This document shows positions 52,901-62,800 of a stretch of DNA of 64,000 bases, one piece after another (position 1 is the first letter of the stretch; every line of letters begins with the position of its first letter). Below the pieces are notes generated by a model. That model did no database searches. It had not been told where the DNA came from and saw only the letters and a program-made list of their open reading frames with translations. The stretch is from NCBI GenBank assembly GCA_964511345.1, contig CAZEEV010000002.1, positions 66,770 to 130,769 of the forward strand. The letters run 5' to 3'. Both the position numbers and the translations under genes were made by a program. The stretch is from an uncultured Pseudomonadales bacterium (lineage in GTDB: Bacteria; Patescibacteriota; Microgenomatia; UBA1400; PJMF01).

Positions 52901-54976
52901 TTAATTTCCTATCAAATTTTGATCTGAAGTGAGAGCGCCATCTTGGATGACGGCTTCGGTTTCTTGTTGATCTAAGAGAGTAGACAAGTTGGAATCATCT
53001 ACTGGAGGCACTAAACTAGCTGGAGCAGAAGATGACTGATCGTTATTAGGAATGGAATCAGTAGGAGCTAATTCTTGTTTATTCTGTTCAGTAGCTGAAG
53101 GAACGCCTTCTAGTTGAGTGATTATAGTATTTAGTTCTTTTTCGACAACTTTATATTCTTCGCTATCTTTAACTAGTAAGTTAAGGGCACTAATTAAGGC
53201 GCTTTTGGCTTCTTGTAGTTTGTTATCCGCTTTGAATGATTGAGCTAGGTAATAATGAGCGGCAAATAAATCTGGCTTTCTTTCTATTGCTTGATCAAAG
53301 AAATTAACCGCTTCTGCGGGTCGATTAACACTGAGAAATAATTGGCCCAAAGCTAGTCTAACTTCTGGATTACTCGGGCTGTAAGTTGCTGCTTTCGCCA
53401 ATGCATTAAAAGCTTCTTGCATAGCTTGGTCAGTAGTATTAAGCAACTGCATATAAATTTGTGCCAAAATTAACCAGTTTTGATAATTACTTGGGTCTAA
53501 CACAGTGGCTGCTTTAGCTTCTCTAATAGCCTGATTAACCAATTGTAAAACTTGCTCTTGTTCTGCAGGAGTAATGTCAGCCTTGTTAGATAAAGCGATG
53601 GCAATTTGTAAATTAATGAGTGAATAACTTCTTCTAATTACATCGATCTCTGGAGCCAACATCTTGGCTTTTTTATGATAATCATAAGCCTTGGCTACTT
53701 CATTTTTAGTGATGCTGACATTACTTTGATAAAGTAAATGGTAAGCGACAAATGTTTTGACGGCGAAATACAAACCTAAAGATATGGCGATTAGTGCAAG
53801 CACGTTACTAGATATAAAAACATAATTACGAATCTTGAGTAATTTGCCACGGTTCAAAAAATCAGTTAGTCGTTGTGCATGAAAGTTTACTTTTTTATAC
53901 TGGTCTTGATTAGAAGCAATGAGAAAAGCTAGCGCAATCGCAAATAAGGCTAACATGAGCAAATTGACTGGTGCGAAAAATTGCCAAAGTAATATTGTAA
54001 AAACAAAAGCTTTCAAGAATGGTTCTTGATCGCTATCTTTCTTCAAAACAACGAGGGCTTTCCAGATAAAAAGCAAATAAACTAAGAAAGCAAGTAAGCC
54101 AACACTGACGATAATAGTTAAAGGTAGATTGAAAGCTGAGTCAAAAGTAAATTTCCAGTAACTTAAACCATTGATCCAGATAGGTTTGAGAACATTGTAG
54201 GCATTGCCATAAGAGTCTGGTCCGTAACCAAAAAGAGCATTTTTAGTGAAAGTTAAACTATCTTTAGCAATGTTAGCGCTAGCGAGCAATGATAGGCTTT
54301 GGAATTTAGCTTCTCCCCCTGGAGAAATAGCCCAAATATTAATTCCTAAAGCAATAGCAATAATGACCGTGCTAATCTTGCTAAACAATGAACTTCTCCA
54401 AGTTTTTTGATCGAAAACATTACTGAGCAAAACGACTGATAAAAATTGCACTGTAATAAAAGTTGCACCACTAAGTGAAAAAGCCAGACTATTGGGTAAT
54501 TCTAAAGCACTCAGGCGATTGATTAGGGGGGCAATACCCAGTCCAAACAATTGAAAAATAGACAGAATACTCAAAATTAAGGCTGCTAAATTGTTAGCTA
54601 AGACGAAATAATGTTTAAATTTATTTTTCAGTAAACCAGGGGCGAGCAAAACAATACTCACAAAACTCAAATATGCTCCTCCTAAATTTAACAATTGTTT
54701 GCTGGGGTATTGGTGACTCACTAAGCTAGAAACCAGGACCAGAAGAGCAAAACCAAGTAAAGGTAAAGTAATGGGAGTTTTAATGATCTCCCAACTTTTT
54801 TTCTGTAAACTATAAATTACATATACCAAAGCATTAATGAAACCAAGCAAGAGCAATAGAAGTAACTTGCTATTAATCAGAGGATTGAAAATAAAGGGTA
54901 GGAAGAAAATAGGCAACAAAACTACCACAACGATATTTAACCAATTGAAAAAAGTGTTCAATCTATTTTCTTTCAT
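52901..54976 (-). CDS. O-antigen-ligase/oligosaccharyltransferase-like polytopic membrane protein with C-terminal TPRs
   Basis: About 12 TMs, LFGYGPDSY and SAFNLPL (Wzy_C-like loop), TPR repeats; divergent from the type IV pilins. Confidence 0.65.
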   Translation of the reverse strand: MKENRLNTFFNWLNIVVVVLLPIFFLPFIFNPLINSKLLLLLLLGFINALVYVIYSLQKKSWEIIKTPITLPLLGFALLVLVSSLVSHQYPSKQLLNLGGAYLSFVSIVLLAPGLLKNKFKHYFVLANNLAALILSILSIFQLFGLGIAPLINRLSALELPNSLAFSLSGATFITVQFLSVVLLSNVFDQKTWRSSLFSKISTVIIAIALGINIWAISPGGEAKFQSLSLLASANIAKDSLTFTKNALFGYGPDSYGNAYNVLKPIWINGLSYWKFTFDSAFNLPLTIIVSVGLLAFLVYLLFIWKALVVLKKDSDQEPFLKAFVFTILLWQFFAPVNLLMLALFAIALAFLIASNQDQYKKVNFHAQRLTDFLNRGKLLKIRNYVFISSNVLALIAISLGLYFAVKTFVAYHLLYQSNVSITKNEVAKAYDYHKKAKMLAPEIDVIRRSYSLINLQIAIALSNKADITPAEQEQVLQLVNQAIREAKAATVLDPSNYQNWLILAQIYMQLLNTTDQAMQEAFNALAKAATYSPSNPEVRLALGQLFLSVNRPAEAVNFFDQAIERKPDLFAAHYYLAQSFKADNKLQEAKSALISALNLLVKDSEEYKVVEKELNTIITQLEGVPSATEQNKQELAPTDSIPNNDQSSSAPASLVPPVDDSNLSTLLDQQETEAVIQDGALTSDQNLIGN

Positions 54977-55003
54977 TCTATGTTAAGATTAAATGATAAC
55001 AAG

Positions 55004-55714
55004 ATGAAAGTGAAGAAGCAAAACGGCTTAACGTTGATTGAAATTCTAGTTGTTGTTGCGCTTTTAATATTGATTTTGCTGGCTTTATTTAGAGTTTTTA
55101 GAGTTGACATTAATCGTACCAAAGACGCCCAGCGAAAAAGTGATCTGCGCGACATTAAATTGGCTTTTGAAGATTACTACAATGACCATCAAGAATATCC
55201 TCCAGAAGAATTTTTGCTAGATTGTGGAGGTGATTCTCTCAAACCATATTTGAAAGCAGTGCCTTGCGATCCAGATACAGGGGAACCATATTTATACTTT
55301 CCTTATCCAGGGAATGGAGACAACAGTCAAGGATATCGAGTTTTGAGTATTTTGACCGATTTAGCTGATCCTACCGTTGCGCAACTGGGTTGTCAGCGTG
55401 GCTGTGGCATTCCAGAGGATCACCCGAGCTTTAGCAATAGTTTCAATTATGTCTATGGTATTTCTGAGGGAGTCCCATTGGTTTTAGAAAATGTGACTTT
55501 TCCAACCAATACTCCCACTCCAAGTGTTACTGTTACACCAATTCCAACTGCTTATCCGGAGTATTGCGATACGCATTTGTGTTATTGTTGTGCTAACTCA
55601 GCTTATTCTTCGAGCCAAGACTGTAATGTTTGGGTGCAAGGCAACAACTGTGACATGGGTCCATTTACCACTGTTTCTCAGTGTTATAACGAGACACCTT
55701 GTGTGAGACAATAA
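55004..55714 (+). CDS. Type IV pilin/GspG-like protein with a Cys-rich tail
   Basis: KKQNG|LTLIEILVVV prepilin motif, KDAQRKSDL..I..AFEDYYND, PT linker, Cys-rich C-terminus; ATG 55004. Confidence 0.85.
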   Translation: MKVKKQNGLTLIEILVVVALLILILLALFRVFRVDINRTKDAQRKSDLRDIKLAFEDYYNDHQEYPPEEFLLDCGGDSLKPYLKAVPCDPDTGEPYLYFPYPGNGDNSQGYRVLSILTDLADPTVAQLGCQRGCGIPEDHPSFSNSFNYVYGISEGVPLVLENVTFPTNTPTPSVTVTPIPTAYPEYCDTHLCYCCANSAYSSSQDCNVWVQGNNCDMGPFTTVSQCYNETPCVRQ

Positions 55715-55722
55715 ATAAAATT

Positions 55723-56271
55723 ATGCAAAAGCAAAAAGGTTTTACCTTACTCGAACTTCTAGTGGTGATGGCGATTATGGCCCTTTTAGCCGGTTTGGGA
55801 CTTCGTACTTTTGGTAGCGTGCAACAAAAATCCAGGGATGGACGTCGCAAACAAGACTTGCAAAGCATTAGTAAAGCTTTAGAAATTTATTACAATGATT
55901 TTAAGCATTATCCTTATGCTTCCAGCGGGAAAATTATGGGTTGTGGAGAAAATGCTACTGAAGAGTGTGTGTGGGGAGATGTTTGGCAAAATAGCAGTGA
56001 CTTGACTTTATACATGAGTAAGTTGCCGCAAGATCCTGGGGGTAGTCAGTATTTTTATTTAGCAGACGCTCAAGGACAGACTTATCGTTTATTCGCTTAT
56101 TTAGAAAATACGGAAGATGAAGCAGTGGCTAAAAATTCAGATAACGAAGCTGCTTATTATAGCGGTACTTATTGTCGTATTATTGATACTGTATTGTTAG
56201 TTAATACTTGTAATTACACAGTGATGAGTACCAATTTAACCACGACACCAGATATAGTAGATAGTTATTGA
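55723..56271 (+). CDS. Type IV pilin/GspG-like protein
   Basis: QKG|FTLLELLVVM, RDGRRKQDL..I..ALEIYYND, LPQDP; ATG 55723. Confidence 0.9.
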   Translation: MQKQKGFTLLELLVVMAIMALLAGLGLRTFGSVQQKSRDGRRKQDLQSISKALEIYYNDFKHYPYASSGKIMGCGENATEECVWGDVWQNSSDLTLYMSKLPQDPGGSQYFYLADAQGQTYRLFAYLENTEDEAVAKNSDNEAAYYSGTYCRIIDTVLLVNTCNYTVMSTNLTTTPDIVDSY

Positions 56272-56284
56272 TGCGCAATTTATT

Positions 56285-56749
56285 ATGCAAAAACAAAAAG
56301 CTTTTACTTTAATTGAACTTTTGGTGGTGATTTCAGTATTGGGAATTTTGGTGGCAGTAATTCTGCCTAACTTAATAGGTGTGCGTGCTCGTGCCAGAGA
56401 TAGTGCTCGTAAAAATGATCTCCGCCAACTCAAAGTGGCAATTCGCATGTACTACAATGATTATCAAACTTATCCTCCAGATGATGATAATGGTAATATT
56501 GTTGCTTGTGGATCAGATGGTACTTTGTTATGCCCAAATGGTGATGGAAGTTATGCGATTGGCGACATGATTTATATGAAAGAAATGATTCCAGTAGCGC
56601 AATTTGACTATGTGCAGATGAGTGCTGGGGAAGATTTTTTGCTATCCACAGTTTTAGAGAATGCTTCTGACACTGATATTGCAGAGAATGTTAGGCGCTG
56701 TAATGTGGCAGCTCCAGTGGCTTCTACTTATTATATTTGTGCTGACTAA
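56285..56749 (+). CDS. Type IV pilin/GspG-like protein
   Basis: QKA|FTLIELLVVI, RDSARKNDL..L..AIRMYYND. Confidence 0.9.
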   Translation: MQKQKAFTLIELLVVISVLGILVAVILPNLIGVRARARDSARKNDLRQLKVAIRMYYNDYQTYPPDDDNGNIVACGSDGTLLCPNGDGSYAIGDMIYMKEMIPVAQFDYVQMSAGEDFLLSTVLENASDTDIAENVRRCNVAAPVASTYYICAD

Positions 56750-56800
56750 TTATTCTTGCGCCGATTAATCTTTTTTAGTTTTTTATTTTTTTACGTATTT

Positions 56801-59800
56801 CTAGTTGAAATGCAAACCGCTTGCGTTAACTCCTTCTAGATTAAATAAACCAACCCCAATGTTCAAAGGACTGGCAACACACCAAGAGGCGTAATATGGA
56901 CCAATAAAATACGGGGCAACTCGATATTGATAGGTATGGCCGCTACTAATACTAGTATCCAATAAATTAACGGTATTGGCAGCAAGGCTGGTTTGTAGGG
57001 TGGTCCAAACACCACCATCAACGCTGCGTTGCACTTCATAAAAATCTTCGTTACTCGCATTGTCCGTCCAGACTAATAAAAATTGAGTGCGGTCAATGTT
57101 TTCTTGAATGTAGCAATTACTGGCTGGAAGAGGAGTAGCTAGCGTGGCGAAACTATACGGTGTGTTTTGAGTTTCACTCCAAGTGTTAGTTCCAGCCGGG
57201 TCAATCGCATAACTACGCCAATAATAAGTGGTATTGGGTTCTAAATCTGTTTGAATGGTATAAGTGGCTTGAGTAGTGCTGGTATAAGCAGTGTCAGTTT
57301 GGCTATTTTGTCCACTCCAACCAACTTGAGAAGAGGTTTGATCAAAGGTTTGGCAGTTGGCTGTCATACCCACATTGGTACAAAGCTGAATCTTATAACG
57401 TAAATAATCTGAATCTGAGTCAGTAGTAGTGGTTTTAAAAGCAATAATAAAATTTTGATCAATAGCACTATCTGCTGGTGAATCTAAAGTTGGAATGTTG
57501 GGCTTTTGATTGGTGGTGAAATACTGCGTATCTGACCATGGACTTACCAGACCGAAAGTATCCCAGAAACGAATACGCCAATAATATGTATTGTTACCGT
57601 AATTAAGACCTGTGCCAGCATAGGAAATTTGAGGAGAGCGAGCGCCATTGGCAGTGGTAGTCATGCTTTGTTGGCCAGAATCCCAAATTACTGTTCCCGT
57701 AAAATCTGCAGCAGTGTTTACCTCAATCTCGTAATAATTAGCGCTATCACCATCATTGTCATTGTGAATAGCGGAGAATTCAGGAGTGGTGTCGACAACG
57801 CTAGTAGGATTAGCTGTATTTTCGGTGTACGGATTAGTAGGAGCTTCAGGATTATCAGTAGTAGTGAAACTGTATGGTGTGCTTTGAGTTTCGCTCCAAG
57901 TATTGCTGCCAGCTGGATCGATAGCGTAACTACGCCAGTAGTAAGTGGTATTAGTCGCTAAAATATCAGTTAACTGAATTGTATAAGTAGCTTGTGCTCC
58001 AGATGAATATGAGGCTGCTGACCAGCCAGTCTGAGAGGAAGTCTGATCAAAGGTTTTACAATTAGTAGTCATGGCTAAATCAGTACATAATTCAATCTTA
58101 TAGCGCAAATCGTCTGAATCTGGGTCAGTGGCAGTGGTTTTAAGAGCAGGAAGAAGACTTTGATTAACAGCTCCATCGAGGGGAGCATCTAAGGATGGAG
58201 TGAGAGGGATGTAATTAGAAGAATAATCAAGTGATACTGATGTTAAAGTTGCAGAGGGAGCTGGAGCATTATTTTGCGAAAGAATGGCTCGGTATTGAAA
58301 ATACTGATTGCCAGCAGAAGATGAGATAAGTGAGCTAAGTGGATTGGTGAGGTAACCAACAGAATAGCGGATATCATCTAACCAGATATTTGCTCCCTGT
58401 GAACCATCAGTGATGCGATATGTGAGGCGAGAAATGGCATCTCGGTGTTCTGCCATTGAGCCAGTAATGTCAAAGTATTCACGTTGCCACTTAAAAACAG
58501 TAGCGTTGGCAGTAAAACCACCAGTTGGAAAGGTGCTATCTGCATCCCAAGCAGCCACCGTGACTGCGCCAGTAGAGAAGTTAACAGCATTGACTGTGCC
58601 TTGAGCTAGATATTCAGTACCATCATAGTTTTCTTTGACAATGATTTTGTCATCTAGGAATAAGTGATTTGCCATAGCAGAACTACCATAAGCAGTTTCA
58701 TCAACAATGAAACTTAAATCCCCAGAGTTTGCAATCAGATTGCCGGCTCCAAGTTTGGCCTTAAAATCAATGGTAATGTCATGAGTGCGAGCACCGACTT
58801 CATAAGCTTGACGGATTTGATCTGCACTACGAATAACATTGTCTACGCGTACCTCATCAACAATAGTATTTGAGTATCTATCAGAAACATTTCTTCTAAG
58901 AGCTCCTACGGCGTAGCCTAAGTCATAGCTAGCATGATAGGCTACATCACTAGTAGACAACGTGCCTGAAGCAACTAGTTGACCGTTAAGATAGAGTAAT
59001 GTTTCTCCAGTAGTTTTATTATATGTTGCTGAGGCAAAATACCAGTTTCCTGCAACCGGAGTAAAACTGTAAGTGACAGCGGTTGCTGTCGAAGTACCTA
59101 TATATCTATTAAACACAAGTCCGCCACTATTAAAATATAACCCCATGCCATAATACAGTCCTCCTGTAGATACAATGCCTCTGTTTAGAATAACTACTTC
59201 ATTAGTAAAGTTGGTAGCCTTAATCCAACCGCTAACACTAAAAGAATTATTTTTAATAGGAGTATCAATAGTATTGGGCAATGTTAAATAATCACTGCTT
59301 GTGCCATTAAAATATCGAGCCCTCCCAATTTTCCCCAGAGTAAAAGTAGTGCCTGTTGGAGTGCCATGATTGCTATTGCCAGAGAAATCTTTTAAGTAAG
59401 CACCTGCGCCAGATTGTTCATCGAGGTGCCATAGTCCAACAGTGCTAGTATCAGGCTCATAGTTGGCTAAGGCTGATTCTCCAATAGTAAGTTGGGAAAA
59501 GGTTCCAAGTCTGTCTGAAGCAATCCAGAAAGGTAACTTAGTGGTAGAAGAAAGATTTGTAGAAGAAATGATTTTGCTTACTCGATTGTCTCGACCCATG
59601 CGGTAGTTTTCAGCAATTTCTTCGAAAGAACGAGCGACGCTGGAGATGCGAATTTCGTCGATTGTTCCAGCGAAATAGCTTCCCGCACCTAACCTTCCTA
59701 TGTTGTTGCGTGGAGCAGGAGAGTAATCTATGGCTGTTGAATAAGTGCCAACACCTTGTTGAACTCCATCAACATAAATCTTAATTTGGCTGCTTCCAGC

Positions 59801-62800
59801 ATCTTTATTATATGTTCCAACCAGATAATGCCATGCGTTATTATCAATGTCGATTGCTGATGTAGCAACTGCACTTCCGCCATTAATGCTGAAAACTGGC
59901 TTACCTGTATTATCTAAGTATAATCCAAAGCCATCTACAGTCTCCAAACGATCGTAAATGGATTGCAATGAGGAAACTGTGGAAGAAGTTTTAACCCAGG
60001 CTTCAACTGTTACTTGACTAGTTGGACTCAAATTAGCGGTTGAACCAATACTGATATAATCACTACTTCCATTAAAACTTCTCGCTTTGCCAGAAGTGCC
60101 TTCAGTGACGGCGGTTCCCGTGGGTGTACCATGATTATTATTTCCAGATGAGTCTTTGATATATGCACCGGCCCCACCTGTTTCATCAAGGTGCCAAATA
60201 GCAATGGTATTGAGGTCCGAGCCAGGCTTTCCAGTTGTTAATTGCATACTACTACCGAGACCACTTGATTTTGCCTGTGGTGAAATTTTTTGTGTGTAAA
60301 AAGAAGATGGACTAGTAGAGCCAGAAAGAGTATTAGAGTAGTACATGGCAATTGAGCCATAGTAACCAATAATTCCGGGATAGCCACTTCCGCCGTCTCC
60401 AGCTCCCTGAGTGCCTCCAATCCCTCCAGTTCCACCCGTTCCATAGTTAGTAGCTGTAGTACCAGTTAAGGAGATGCTATTGGCGTTAATGACAATGCTA
60501 CCTCCACTTCCTCCTTGGCCACCTCCACCTCCACCTCCAGCTCCGGCACTAGATCCAGAACCGGCCCCACCATTTCCACCATTTCCACCATTTCCAGCAT
60601 TCGAAATAATATACCCAGAAGAACTGATTGAGTTGGAGTTTATGATGATAATTCCACCTCCACCTCCACCGGCCCCACCATTTCCACCAGCAGAGGAATT
60701 ATTGGATCCGGTATCTGTGCCACGGGCGCCGCCGATACCATTACGTGAGCCACCTCCACCTCCATTAGCACAGGCATAGTCTCCAGCACCACCTCCACCT
60801 CCACCTCCAGCTCCTTGGCTAGCTCCACTCCCAAAAAAGACTAGTGAACCATCATTTTTATACAAATTTCTAATACTAGAATAAGCACCACCTCCACCTC
60901 CACCACCAGCAGAATCACGGTTGCCGGCTCCTCCACCTCCACCACCACGATATCCACTAGAACTACTTCCAGCATATCCGGTATTTGAAACCTTACTCCC
61001 CCCATTTCCTCCAGGGCTGCTACCACTTCCACCCGTTCCATTATCATAGCCATAACCAGAACCTCCACCTCCACCTCCAGTGGCGCTTCCATTGCCTCCA
61101 ATGCCGGTTGTACCACTGACATAGCCATTGCCAGCCCCATCAGCGCCTATTCCACCAGAATTTACTGCGCCTGCAGTACCACCGCATCCATGTCCCATAG
61201 TACCTCCACCACCTCCACCTCCACCTTCATTGGCAAAACCGATGTAACTTTCTGGACCATTCCCACCGACGACTCCACCCCGGAATCCTTTTTGGCTTAC
61301 GTCAATATAGCCACTATTTGTAATTGCTCCGGTAGCTCTAAAAAATAACACACCATTTTTTGTTCCATTCCAGGCGTCAATTGTCAAAGTTGCTCCACCA
61401 CTAATTGCTACGTCCGTATAATTTGGCACTCTTTGAACCATAATTTTGTGAGTGGTGCCGTCATAAATATTTTGTATATGGTAATCTGTGAAATTAAGCG
61501 TGTTTGTAGAAATAGAGGATATGGTGTGAGTTTCATATTGTCCAACGCGGTTATAGCTAGAACTAGTGCCCTGAAGATTGATGATCAGAACTTCATCTCC
61601 TACATCAAGTCCAGTTGGCGAGGATGAGATAGTTATCGAAGTGCTTCCAGCATCAGTGAAAGTATTTGATGAAAAGTTAATAGCGTCTGCATCAGCACGG
61701 CCTGAGCAACTTGCTGAATTTAAATTTATTGTTCCAGAATCAATAGTACAATTGCCGTCATCACCAGTTCCCGTATTAATGGCACCAACTTTATTGATAT
61801 TAGAAGAAATATTCTGGTAATTTTCTGTTGACCATTGATCAGCAGAATTATCTAAACTATCTATTTGTGACTCGTTTATTGTTGGTTGCCATTCCTCCCA
61901 CGTACCATCATTAGTATTGGCAGAGGATCCAACTCTAGTCTGTAGCTCGATACGAGAAGAATTGTAGTTAGAGAGGATTTCAGAAGCAGTCAGTGCACGA
62001 GAATAGATACGAGTGGAGTCGATAATGCCTGAGAAGAAATTACTGCCTCCATATGAACCAATATCAAAATCATTATTTGTTGTGAGCAGATTTCCAGATG
62101 TCGCTGTTGAGCCGGTTAATTGTCCATTAACATAGATCTTTACGCTTGATCCGTCGTAAGTACCAACAAGGTGATACCAACTCCCAGGATTCAAGGCAAT
62201 GGAGGAGTCAGCGTTATAATCAGTCCCTCCGGGCCCAACTCTAAATCTAGGCTTTGAAGAGGTGTAGCTGGAGAATAAGACGAAGCTATTAGATGAAGGA
62301 TTAGTCCAATTTGAAACAACGGCACTAATGTTGCTAGTTGCGGCTGGTTTTACCCATGACTCGACCGTTAATTGATCGGTAATGGTATTTATTGCCGATG
62401 AGGTGATTGTATCGTTTGTTCCATCAAACATTAAGGCCCCAGAACCCCAACGTTTATTATTTGTGGTCCAACCAGAGCCTACTGATGATGAAATTGGATA
62501 TCTGATAATCACAACACCATTGCCACCAGCTCCAAGACTTGCGCCAGTTGAGCCACCACCACCACCTCCACCAACCAAACTTGTTGTGTTACCGCCACCA
62601 TTTTGGCCAAATCCTAATCCACCACTTCCGCCGGTAGCATAATATCCATTACCACCACCACCTCCACCATAATAAACAGATGTACCGCTAATTGAATACG
62701 CAGCTCCATTACCTCCGTTTCCACCACTACTAGAGTTGCCATTGGTTCCACTTCCTCCAGCACCTCCACCACCACCACCAGTATATGGACTGCTACAACC

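Noticed and set aside
56801-58207. Diversity-generating retroelement TR/VR pair
   Set aside because: The repeats are in-frame domain duplications with differences at all base types, and no reverse transcriptase is present in the window.
4304-58604. Numerous short overlapping ORFs in the ORF track (e.g. 15198, 15941, 23110, 25231, 35764, 40161, 43665)
   Set aside because: Antisense or frame-shifted shadows of well-supported genes, with no motifs of their own.
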